From Octopus bimaculoides (Eukaryota), in assembly GCF_001194135.2 (NCBI RefSeq), contig NC_068984.1, positions 71,538,124-71,602,123 on the forward strand: a stretch of 64,000 bases of DNA. The letters are read 5' to 3'. The notes beneath the pieces are model-generated. The model was not told the origin of the DNA. It did not search any database and saw nothing but the letters and a program-made list of their open reading frames with translations. Made by a program: the position numbers and the translations under genes. How positions within the stretch are numbered: position 1 is the first letter of the stretch; the number at the start of each line of letters is the position of its first letter. Of this stretch, positions 12,990-25,499 are shown piece after piece.

Positions 12990-15429
12990 CCTACACTTTT
13001 TGTCTGCAAAATAGGGGTAGTTTATCCTGTTCAGGCTATATTATTAGCATTATTCTGCGATTGAGAATAAATATATATATATATATATAAAAACGCACGC
13101 ATGCACACACACTCATACTTCGTTTTTGGAATGAAATGTAATAGTCTAATCTTCTTTATGCTTTCCAACATACATATGTATTCAATGCGATTTTATGTAT
13201 GCAGTCATTCGACTTGCTAGAAGTATCAGCGTAATGTCCTCTAAAGCATTTATCAGCATGTTAATGTAAAGATTTTGCAATAAATGACGTAGATTTTGAA
13301 TTATAAGGTCGAAACGTAAGTCAGGTCTACAGCCAAGTTGGCAATTTAAATGTGCTTGGACCAAGAAATAATTCATCATCTGCTAAAACTCTGTCCGAAC
13401 CTACAACTTTTTTTTGTGTCTTTTTTGTTATGTGGATATAAATTTTTCCGCCTTTAGCACAGAGAAGAGGCGAACTAGCTTTGAAAAATCCCATGCACCT
13501 TCATGCAAATATATTTCTTATCACATAAACTTGATATCATTGTAATTTTATCAGTCTTCATCAGTTAGAGAGCAGTTGGTATGCATTAATAATAATCTAA
13601 AACTGCAAATGTTGAAATTTTTCGTATGTCTTGGTGAATCACATATTTGTTGATGAACTCGAAGGTTAGGTTACATTTATCTCGAGCTGAGCATGTTGTC
13701 ATTTATAGCTTACACAAAGATGTACATACCTAAAAACTCACACACACTCACACACACACACACACACACACACATACATACACACACACAGGTTGTCTGA
13801 AAGACAAACATACAGACAGATAGATCGATGTGTGTGAGTATGTGCATGTGTATGTTTTCTGTAATATTATGATTCAGGTTGTCATTAACAAAAAATAATA
13901 TGTAAATATATAGATTAATGTTCCCAAATTCATCTTGCATTTGAAATCAGAATAAGGAACCAAATGTCTGCTTCAGCCCACTTATACCTATAGAGTTTAA
14001 CTGATACCAAACAGGCCGGTAGCATCATAAAACTGATGAGGTTCATACAATCGATTTATTTTAAATCTTATTGTTTTCTGCTGTAAAGAAAACTTCAATG
14101 CTGAATGCGCTGGTTATTTTGAGAAATATTTAGTTTATTTCTGAGGAGATGATAAAACAATGGTAGCCCCAAGAGAAATAAATTTCACTGATTTCCGTGG
14201 CAAGTTATTTGTTGCTACTGGTCCAGGGTTGACAGTTGAATATTATTGGTGTGAAATATCAGTATTAACCCTAGAGAAATCAATATTATTCTTCAACATT
14301 ACCGATTTGGTAAAACTAATTTGTTGGTTCCATTTAACAGCGCAACGTTGATTGTCATCTGATTTAAAATGTATCAAAATATTCATAACCGTTGACTTTC
14401 AATAACTATTTTTGAAAATTCAGAACAGAATATATTATTTCTACAGCCCAAAGCAGTAACAAAGTATGAAAGCCCATATGAACCAACAAATTACTACTCT
14501 AATATCCACTTGACTATTTTTGTACATGCTGGTTAATTAACGCAATAAAAACTACACTGAAAGGCACAAGAGTATCATTTAATTAACAATAAGTAAATAA
14601 AGTTTGACCATATGTATCTGGGTGTGACCTTCATGCCACATAGATTCAAATGTATACATACACACACTACACACACGCACACAAAACAGAGATACATATA
14701 TTTATGTGTGCGTGTGTACGTTTCGAGATCGAGAGAGTTAAAGAGAGGCAGACAAAGAGAGAAAGAGAGAGTGCATCAATAAAATGCGTCTAGAATTAAC
14801 AAAGATTAAGTTTTATATTGTCAAATGGTAATTGAAAATGATGTAACAACTAGATATTAGTATGTTAGTTGCTGCTTAAATTTGACAAACGCATGTACGT
14901 GATACCAATTTGGTTGCTGGGTTCACTGAGGAGTTCATAGGTAACGAATAAAATATAAATCAGCTAATTTATGTGCAAGAAGGTGACGTGAGATATTCTC
15001 ACTCAGTGTACCTAGTGTAAATGTAAACGCTTTTATTACAAATACATCGAACGTACAGCTATAGATGTGAGCGATACATCATTGTTTTATTGTGCCACAG
15101 AATAGTAGAGAAATTATTTTACTATATGTGATTATTTTTCAATTCTGAAGGAGCTTAACAACTATCTTATTGAGAAGGGTTTTGATAAATTACGGGTGGA
15201 GGACATATGATACTTACTCGCTTAGAGAAAGGTAAAATTGGAAGCTTTCTTTGTCAAAAGATGCTTAAGATAAACTTCCACTCAGGTACGCCAACCGTAA
15301 AATTCCCAAAGCTTAATCTCGACAATTAACTACTATCTAACAGTTGATCGATCATAGTGTACATTATTCTATAGTCATCTGTCCACTACTCGATTTGAAT
15401 TAATTTGAACGACACTCATTGATGAAATG

Positions 15430-15963
15430 TAGGGCTTCCGAGGCTGGGCTGACTGTTAAGGAATGATGTTAGAGCTGTGAAGTTTATATGCATTAATTCC
15501 ACATACTCTATGTAAGAATTACACTGTTTCCGACCAGGTAAATTGACATCTGACTGTTTAAAAAGGACGTCAGAAGTGTCTGCTAGTGGTGTCTCTTGAA
15601 AAGAGATACAATTTGGCATCGAGTTGTTATCAAGTATCCGCAGAAAAAAGGGCTTAGCTCCAAAGACAGTCATGCTGACATGGTTGCTACTGTAGAGGAT
15701 GATGGTTCAGATTTATTAACAGTGAATAAGTGGGTAGCTTAATTTAGGAGGGGAAGATGACTTAATTTCTCCACGTGCTGCAACTATCAACAACGAAAAC
15801 ATACTGATCATGTTCACATGGTGATGGGTGATAGGCGATTCACTACAAATCAAACAGCCAATGCCACTAGTATATCACGTGAGCGAAGTGAGAATATTCT
15901 GTACAGTAAACTCGGCAAGTTGCCATGTCTTCTGACACCTGATCAAAAGCGCACCAAGTTGAT
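15430..15963 (+). mobile_element. mariner transposase 5' half (HTH domains), truncated
   Basis: IWHRVVIKYPQKKGLSSKDSHADMVAT...KWVA*FRRGR and MVMGDRRFTTNQTANATSISRERSENIL..KLG...LLTPDQKRTKL. Confidence 0.8.
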
Positions 15964-16140
15964 AGAATTCGGAATCTGTAAAAGGTCTACCTGTAATAAT
16001 TCGTGCGTTAGGGACTGTGAATAATGTTATAGACATATTGTTTAGGGAGATTGAAATGGAATGTACTGTAAATCTTCTATAGAAAATATCCCTTTTAGGA
16101 ACAGAAGAGATCATCAGAAGCGCTTGGAAGCTTACTGACA
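15964..16140 (+). mobile_element. 3' end of an RLE-type (R4/Dong-like) non-LTR retrotransposon
   Basis: LPVIIRALGTV...KISLLGTEEIIR resembles IPIIVGALGTV...QK.ALLGTARILR. Confidence 0.6.
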
Positions 16141-16169
16141 ACATGTGAATATCAAAGGCTAAAGGATGT

Positions 16170-16410
16170 AACCTGCTATCAATATAGGTTATACCAGGAA
16201 TAGTATCAATCCGTAAATATAAAGATTGAAACTCAAAAAAGTTGTCATCTGAAGTCATGCACAGTACCAGTATACTCCGTATAATTTGATTGATAAAAAA
16301 GGAAACAGAATAAAATTTGCAACAAGTACCTGGAAAGCTACCTCTGCAAGAGATACAGAAAATAGTGTTGACTGCCATTGTACATACGTTAAGCAGAGCA
16401 TTATCAATTA
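16170..16410 (+). mobile_element. Second RLE-type LINE 3' end
   Basis: KIETQKSCHLKSCTVPV...QQVPGKLPLQEIQKIVLTAIVHTLSRALSI, then an A-rich tail. Confidence 0.65.
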
Positions 16411-16832
16411 AAAAAAAAACTTGTAAAGATATCTACTGCTTTCTTCATGCCCTAGGGTGACAGCTGTTAACCAATTGACTGATAAGTATGCGTATTTCCA
16501 AATTTACCCTCGGATATCTGGATAACACTCGGCAAGATATCAAAAAGATGCAGACTTTAAAGTACGTTGCACATGAATATGATATTTTGGAAGAAGAAAT
16601 GATTGCAGAAGACGTGTTACGACGTTATATCGTTAACTATTTTCTTGTATCCTCTTTATATATTCAACATGCAGTATCTTTTCAAATAACTGTACTTTTT
16701 TTTACATTTGAAATGAGAATTATATTGCAGGTATACCAATAATCTCCCCAGTACAAACAATCTAAAAATGATGACCAAAAATGTTCCATATTCCGTATGA
16801 GATAATTACAATGATCCATTTTAAGTAGGCAC

Positions 16833-16839
16833 AATAATG

Positions 16840-16906
<67 letters not shown>

Positions 16907-16914
16907 TAATAATA
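16833..16914. repeat. (AAT)n microsatellite
   Basis: Direct reading. Confidence 0.95.
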
Positions 16915-17423
16915 AACTTTGATTGCAGCTATGTACGACATGCATTTCTTCTGTAATGGCACGATAATTGGTTATATTGCTGTATTAGACTGCAAATTGG
17001 TTTGCTCATATAGAGGCATCCAAATATTCCAGTGAATTGAAATCACAGAAAAAAGTATCTACTATGAACCTTGTCAATTGCATAGAAGTAAATTCCCCTT
17101 CAGATTGAAACATCAGAATGCAAACATGATTATTGGTATCCATTTTGTTTGCGAAATACAAATTGTGGAAGAAAATTGAAGGAAAACAATATTCTCAATG
17201 AATAAATTATATGGAAGATAAGAAATGCTCATTTTTATAATTTCAGATTTTTTTCGTATATTCTCCAATATACAGTAACGAATTGTGTATGTAATTATTG
17301 ACTTTGTTTTAGGATTCTTATTAAGAAATACTTAAAAATATGGAAACAGAATTAATATTATTTACCAATAACCTATGTGTACTTGTTCACTAAAACAGAC
17401 AGCATTTCACTTCTCACCCCTCC

Positions 17424-17464
<41 letters not shown>

Positions 17465-20336
17465 TTTGTATGTATATATGTGTATATGTATGTATGTATT
17501 TATGCGTGTATGTTTGAGCGACTATAGATTGACAGCTACATAAATGTAAGTGCATATTCATGAGCATCTGACTATTTCTGAATATGTGTTTAAGTGATGC
17601 TTGTTTGCTTACATATATAAATGTAAAGATAACAGACATTATACTATTGTTGCTGCCATTAAACTAAGGAATAAATATTTATATGGAATTATAAACAATT
17701 GGTAAGTTAATTTCAAGAAAATGTTTATTCCGCAATATAATTCAGAATGGATTCACAGCCTAAGTAAAATTGTATTTTTTTTATTCGTACTTCAAATTAT
17801 ATTTAACATAAACAGTATGACAATTTGCAAGCAACGTCCATTCATACTACACATTGTTTGAATTATATGAATTTATTATACATCACGTTGATTATCATAA
17901 TACACAACAATTTAGTGTTTACTCGTTCCGAATAATATGTGTTATATATTTTTGACAGGAGGAACTGTCTCTTTATGCTAATGAGAATATATGAAGGAAA
18001 AAACAAGATTAGTGAAGTAATTTCCTTTATCTGGGAGAAACATATCCGCTTAAATATCGTAGGATACTTGACGAAATACGTTACAGTATTTAGCTATACA
18101 TTTCTTCTTTTAAACAGATTACCAGTGGGGCTAATCTGCTTTCTTCACCCATCCCGTGCAAATAAAGTTTGTGACAGTTTTATACAAGTACATTTTCGAT
18201 CTATTTATCCCATACTTGAAAGAAGAAAAAGACTATTTGTAGCAATGTCACCATACTTGAAATAACTGATTATAATAGAAAAAATTACGTTTAGATTTTT
18301 ACACATATTTTAAAATTGCTTTTGTTTTTTTTTCTTCGATACTATCAATTATACTTGACGCAAAGCTATCCAAGATCTTATTGTTTATTTAGAAACAAAA
18401 CTTGTCAATCAGTATCCTTTTCAAGTGACACAAAGTGTAAGTGATGAGAAGTTATTTCGAGTGACAAACACCATCATAGTGAGAGAAAGAGCGAGTGTGT
18501 GTGTGTGTGGGGGGGGAGATAGAGTGAGAGTCTAAGAGAAAAAGATAGAGGAAAAGCGTGGAAATGAAAGATTGTTGCGAACTACTGACTGAATGATCAT
18601 GAGAGCGCAAGAATTGAATTCGGTGACCGATTCAACGGGCAATATGTATCTAGAGAGCGTACAAATTGCATAAAACGTTTCTACAATAATGAAGATAAAA
18701 ATCAACAAAAAGTAACATAACATTTCCTTTTTTAGCTTAATCATAGGAAGCTTACTTTGGTAGTATTTCCAGTAAGGGTATAACTATATCTCATGATATT
18801 TAACTGAATAGGAATATATACACAAGCCAGTGTTTCAACATGCCTGTCTATACCGCTTCTTGTGTGGGCCAAAATATCAGCAGTATCGCAAATCACGAGT
18901 TTCAAGTCACCTGCTCTGTTCATATCTTGTACAAGATTTGGCTAACTTTTGCAGAAAATGTCGCGAAAGAACTGAGGTCAATTTTGTACACACAACTGTA
19001 TATTATGCAAACATTTAGAGTAGAATTGTTGATAAAATGTAGCTCTAATACATTTCTGTAGTAAAACAAAATACATAATACGATTAATATCATTTATAAT
19101 TATCATCATTTTGATTTTTATTAGTTTCTTCTAAACTTATATCAGCATTAAATTTCATATACAGTTATTGTATCAGCTATCTGATACAAAATGACACTGA
19201 ACTTCTCTAAGATGAGATTTATGATGAGGTAAAACACAATTTTGTAAATAATTACAAATTAATATTTGGTGAAATACCGTAGAAATAGAACATTTAATGC
19301 TATTTAAAGAGTCTGAAAACTAAATTTATATAGAAATATGAGGCCGCAACTAACATATTTAAGGTGGTATTTTAACGCTTGCTAGTAGTAGTAAGTGTTC
19401 TGAAATAAAACGCCTATCCGTTAAAAGAGTTAACACCCAGCTATCACTGATACACATTAACAACTGAGTTTAGCAGCATGTAAAGAAGCTGCTTCTTCAA
19501 AATCAACACAGCACTGTTTCATCCGGCATTCAAACTCATCAGGTAAAACACGTGATCCAAATAAAATAGCCACGAATCGAATTAATGCATACTGTGGTGT
19601 GTTTGGTGTTTGCTATACTATCATTGTTTAGTCTTGCAAAGGAAACAGCAACTTAATGGGTTAGATTTAATGTCACATGTAGTGTATCTGAATCCATAAT
19701 GCATTTTTGTTTCATGCATGGCTACATCGTCCAATATGAAATGGATGTTTAGACATGATATTGCTGATATTTGCGGTAGATTTGGCAGCTAATTTCAGAA
19801 AGCTGTACTACGTGACTTTGCTTTGAAAATCTTATTTCGTACAGTTTAATCTTGTATCATTGACAAATTGTTGCGTTCTAGAAGAAATCACTTTCAGAGA
19901 TGCATCTATATATACGTGAATTGTTATAAAATTATTTTGCATATTTTTGGATTATTCGGCACAACAATAACTATCTGATATCTGTTTCATAGCTTTCGTC
20001 AGCCTGAGTTCACAGTGTCTCTGTATTTCATAGAGTTCATTAGTGAAGTATTGGATTTGTAATAGTGTCACTTCTATAAGTAATAACATTTTCCTACGTA
20101 GCATTATACTACCGAATGAAAATTATACATAACAGCATTATGCCTTTTTCTATTATTACACGTTACTTTGATAATACATGTATTTCTCTAACATATCATT
20201 GGAAAGATATAGATACAAAAATCCTAAAAGCGTTTGAATATTACACACAAAGGGAAACTTAGTCGGTGTATTGCTGAAGTAAGTATTCCGTTGGCACTCA
20301 AAATAGAAATTTTGGAGTTCTCAAAAGAATAAATGC

Positions 20337-20369
<33 letters not shown>

Positions 20370-20429
20370 TATATACATGAATATGTGTGTTTGTGTGTGT
20401 GTGTGTATGTATGTGTGTGTGTGTGTGCA

Positions 20430-20472
<43 letters not shown>

Positions 20473-21355
20473 TTTATGGCTGACAATCAAATTCGATATG
20501 AATATATACAAATATGATTGCAAAAGTGCTTGATTAGTAGCTGCAGTTTTCAACTTAAATCTAAATATTTTTGAATTGACTAACTAAAGAAATGATTCCA
20601 TTTAATGCTTATATACTTGGAATGTATATGCATATGTCACTTTATACTTATTGTACATTGTAAAATGTCACCAATTCCATCTACCTTAATATACTCGCAG
20701 ACAGTTATAATAAATATACGTTGTAGTGCTCTCCTCAATCTTCATGTAATTTAGGTTACCCTGAGAAAGTCTGAAAGCACAAATAACTTTTTCAAATCGT
20801 TTGTTATGTATATACAGTATATGAATCTGCAGCTTTGTCAGTATTTTATAGCAGGATTAAAACTTTTCCATAAATTTATTATTATTATTGGCTGGAAATA
20901 AACGAAAATAAGGATAGCCTTTCTTGCACTAATCTTCAACACACCACTATGTGTACCAGAAATTTATTTAGTTCAATTCCTTCATATGAATTTAGAGGAA
21001 ATAGAAAATTATATCGGTTAGCGAGCCATAAACAGACTGAAATGGAGACAGAGTGACAGAGAGAGAACGGAGGAGAGAGAGGAGTGATATCTAGATATAA
21101 ATATATATATGATCTACACTAAGTACACAGTCATTAATGAAAAGGAACACATTTCAACAAATATGTTAACTGAATACACTTAATTAAGATTTAATTTGAA
21201 ATGGTTCCTCCAATACTAAAAAAAAATTGTAAATTTGTTTTACAGCTACATATAAAAGGAAATTTATATAGTTTCATCTAAATAGGTGCACGAATAGGAA
21301 GCATCAACACCCGCACACACTTTCCCTTTCTCTGTCTCACGCATGTACACGTATA

Positions 21356-22240
21356 CAAAGGGGTAATTAAAGAAACCGGAAACGCTCTCTGTGGGACACG
21401 CCCAGTTGTAGTTCAGGCTTCGACCGCTGAAAGCCAGATAGAGTGATCCTCAGTTATCAGCCTGCTAACGCGCGTCGTAGAGTGAATTTCTACTGCCACG
21501 GGGTGCGTCTTTATTTCAAAGTGCTTCTCTCTTCTTCGTCGATTTTTGCTATGGCTGAAGCGAAGGAACTACGTGCTTCAGTGAAATTCTGTTTTCTGCT
21601 GGGCAAAACGGCAGCCGAAAGAGATGTCACGCTTCAAACAGTTTNNNNNNNNNNGCTTTAGGATGGTCACTTGTCACTTGAAAACCAACCACGTTCTGGG
21701 TGGCTATCGAGCTCCCTAACGAGTGGAAACACCATGAAAGTTCATGAACTAATCTTGAAGGACCGTCGCTGAACAATTGATGAACATGTTGATATGACTA
21801 ATGTATCCTGAAGTACCTGCCAATGAATTTCGAGCAAGGAATTGCGAATGAAAAGTGTTGCAGCAAAATATGTGTCTCGATTAAAATTTGATCCGACCCA
21901 TTTTCTGAAGGTCATCTCTGGTAACAAAAACTGGGGCTACAGGTATGACGCAGAAACGTGGCAGCCGTCAAGTCCATGGAAGCATTCAATAGCACCACGC
22001 TTAAAGAAAGACGAATCGAGTGAAATCTAATGTCCAGGCGATGCTGATATGTTTCATCGATGCGCAAGGAATTGCCCACACAGACTTAGTTTTTCTTGGC
22101 CAAACTGTTAATCAGACTTTCTGCTCGGCAGTTCTGAAATGTTTGCGAGACATGGTGAGAGAAAAACGCCCCGACATGCAGCAAAGTGGAGAGTGGTACG
22201 TTCATCACGACAATGCACCTGCAAACACAGCCCTCATTGA
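21356..22240 (+). mobile_element. mariner element, left end plus internally deleted transposase
   Basis: TA|CAAAGGGGTAATTAAAG left end; ATG at 21551 MAEAKELRASVKFCFLLGKTAAE; ISGNKNWGYRYDAET (ITGDETW-like); WYVHHDNAPANTA; YSPDL region and right TIR not found. Confidence 0.9.
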
Positions 22241-23299
22241 GAGATAGTTTTTTGACAGTTTTGTCTGCATTATTTCAGTGAGTATGTAAACCTTTGTAGT
22301 ATAAGCTCATAAAGCCCTGGTGAGATTCTGTCCCATATAGTTGATAATGATGAACAATACTTAGCGTATAACCAATTCTTAGCATATGACCCTACCCAAA
22401 TGCTAAGAATTACTAATTACAGACGAGCCTATTTTATAATAATTGAACTATTAAAATTAATACTATATACAATTTTACGTTATCTTACATAGAAGCTTAG
22501 ATACTGTACATTGCGTAAATGAATTATTTACTCTTTGTATTAAACACTTCAATAGGAATTAATCTTATTGTATAACAATTAAAATTTATCATAGTTAATA
22601 ATTCAAATATTTGAATGTCTTTCTGAATTTATGGCCACATCTTAAAGTAAGTGCCCTTTAAACTACAAGGGGATTAATTTAGAAGTAATTATATAACTTC
22701 ATTATAATTTTATTTTATTTATATATAATTTTATTTAATTAGCATGGTATTTTTCATCTTTTATTTTTATAAAGTAAATTACATATTCAATGATGTCACT
22801 CTTTGTTAAACTAATGTCTAAAGTTAAATTTGATTTGGCGTTTCTTTATGTTAGTATTTAGTAACAGCTAATTTTTTTGTATATATTCAGTTGGAATTTT
22901 ACCAATTTGGATTGCCTTGATAATGTTGTGTTGGATTATATTTTCGTAGATATCATCATTAATTTTAATAATATTTTATATAATATTTTGTATATAAAAG
23001 AGTGTGTATGTGCGCGCATGTTTGTGTGTATAAATACATCTGTGTGTATGTATGTATGTCTGTATGTTAAAACCCCCAAAACAATTCTTGGATTTTAAGA
23101 TGCGATCTAAAATAAAGATATGATTTTCTTCGTACATATTACAATTTACTGTTAAATACTTTTGTTCTCCAAGAAGATTATAGAATTTACCTGTGATACA
23201 TGAGGATTTACCTGGGATTTGTATTGTACTTACATTTACTTGTATTAGATTGCTGGTAATAGTGAGTTATGGAAAGTCAGACAGCAACCATTGGTTTCA

Positions 23300-24150
23300 T
23301 ACGTATATAACTGTTAGGCTGGGGGTAAATAACGTCCCTACAACTGAAGGAAGTAATGTGTTATAGCCAATTAAGACTGTGATATATCTCGAAACAAAAT
23401 TCCCCTGACAAAAAGTCTGGTTGAGGTGGAGTGATACCCCTTTGATGAGTCCTATTGGCATCTAAAACTGACCTGTGTATAGAGGGTTGCCTCTCCATAG
23501 TCAGTAAGTGAGAATTCCTTTCCTCCAACACGAATGTCCTTTGATGATAGCAATTACTTAATATTTTTCCAAGTAAGTCCCGGTTATTCTAGGAGCCTTC
23601 TCATAATTATTTGTGTTGTAGCCTCATCTTGTAAACGCCATACGTATTCTGGCAAACGGCGTGATTTTGCGCCTCTCATATCCTAAAAGCAGACCTAATT
23701 ATTCAGACGTTGCTTGAACTGAGCCTCTGTAGATCACACATATTGCCATGACAAAGCCCTTGAGCTGGCGGTGTTGGAGCTGTTGTTGTTACCGTTGTTA
23801 CAGCTGCCGTTGCTGTTATCAATGGCGGGGTTGTTGTCGGTGATATTGCCGCCGTTGTTGCTGTTATTGCTGGACGGAATGCTGCTGCTGTAATTGTTGC
23901 TGCTTTTGCCACTATCACTGTCTCCATTGCTCCCACTATAAGACTCCTTGTTGCTGCTGCTGATGTTGCCGTTGCCGCTGCCATTGCCGCTACTGCAGTA
24001 CTGCAGTTGTCTCTGTTTCTTTTAGCGGCGGATACACTTTTGGTGCTGTTGTTGTTGCTGCTAATTCTGCCGGTGTGTCCAGTGATACCGCACCGTCAGC
24101 TTCATATAAACCACAGCTTCTGAGTAGCATCGACCACTCTACTTGACACT
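23300..24150 (-). mobile_element. Penelope-like GIY-YIG 3' region with low-complexity insert
   Basis: SGRCYSEAVVY, then a Ser/Asn/Gly-rich tract, then WQYV*STEAQFKQRLNN...LPEYVWRLQDE. Confidence 0.75.
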
Positions 24151-24173
24151 CATTGTTAATCCTATATCAGCAT

Positions 24174-24235
<62 letters not shown>

Positions 24236-24749
24236 CATGTGTGTGTGTAAGTAATGTTTATCGCCATATCAATGTGGGTGTTCCATGTTGCTAGGGTTTG
24301 TGACACAATTAAGAACCTACTTTAGCTGGTTACCGATGCAAACTGATTGTCGATTGATTTTCAATATATTGCGAGCTGGTGCGAATTCATGCTATATCTA
24401 GCGGCCAGGCGTTCACCTCTGATAATAGGTAGAAATAGATTGAAAGCGTTCGGGCTGGTGAGCTTGTCTTCTGCGACGAGAGGATAGAGGCTCGCTCGCA
24501 TTTCTGCAATATATACCGTTATAGAATTCATCGATAACCAGCTGGAGGAGGTTCTTCCGGGTTTACAACTGTAGTAACGGTGAACAGCAATATTTATGTG
24601 GCGATTAACTTTACTTCTTAATATATTTACTACTTTCGTATCTTAAAGACCTGTGTGTTTGTGTGTGTGTGTGTATGTGTGTATTTGTGTATGCGTGCGC
24701 GCGTGTGCATGTATGTATATTTGACCGTTGACTGAACACTATTCATTTT

Positions 24750-24907
24750 TTTTTCTCCGTGTTTTTCTCCTTGTCTCCGTATTCTTTCTGTTGAAGAGCG
24801 TAGCTCGAAACGTCAAAGACTTTCCGTATTCCCGAGCGTCATACTAATATATACTTTTGTTATTTACACCACCTGTCCTCGTCTGTTGTTATTATTTGTA
24901 TATTCTC

Positions 24908-24910
<3 letters not shown>
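24750..24910 (+). mobile_element. Probable Penelope pseudo-LTR remnant with hammerhead-like core
   Basis: TTGAAGAG-CGTAG-CTC-GAAAC-GTC at 24791-24814, followed by a pyrimidine-rich tail. Confidence 0.45.
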
Positions 24911-24948
<38 letters not shown>

Positions 24949-25499
24949 CAGGTATGGCAATATGTTCTATTAAATTTGAAATCAATTATTTCAGTTTGTA
25001 TGCTCCATCAACATTAACACAATGAGAATCATGCGATATCGGTTCTTTGTCAGAACTTTATTTTCTTTTAATACAATCTAAAATCTCTCACGTCCAGTCT
25101 TTCGAAAATGATTTATTTGCAATGAATAATTATGAAATATCGTTCTGAAGAAATGAAACAAATATATTGAAATATAAAATTGCCGCCATGTCAATACCGA
25201 TTTCGCAGCTTTAAGTACGTAGCTTCTATGAGTATGAATGAGTATACGTTGTGTACAACTGAATGCTAGAACACAGAAACACCAAACGCTCGAATTTTGC
25301 GTCGACAATCCTATTTCATAAACTTTCTCAAATCTTCCTCACATTTTGTCGGTTCCTTTTCTTTAGCTCACTTGGCTTCTCTCCTCCACTCACTTGACAC
25401 GTTTACTGCTTAACCCACAATGCTATACATTTCCTGTAACTAAAATTATTTAACGATTTTCTTAGTTGTCCATACACTCAGTTGAGCGTCACACTCTTT

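Larger units (their letters stand above)
12370..13068. repeat. 311/312-bp tandem unit containing a tRNA-like gene; about 1.1 units in each orientation, head-to-head
   Basis: AATTACGACAAACG at 12370 and 12681 (period 311); TTTATCCTGTTCAGG at 12709 and 13021 (period 312); 12709-13068 is the reverse complement of the same unit. Confidence 0.9.

Noticed and set aside
16488-16742. 84-aa ORF with protein-like composition (DILEEEMIAEDVLRRY)
   Set aside because: No recognisable family and no convincing splice sites.
23442-23468. TTGATGAGTCC..TAAAAC hammerhead-like string antisense to Penelope
   Set aside because: Core is broken (no GAAA) and the motif is not retained in the related 61.7-kb copy.
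23703-23984. Ala/Thr-rich mucin-like ORF
   Set aside because: It is an alternative frame of the Penelope low-complexity insert.
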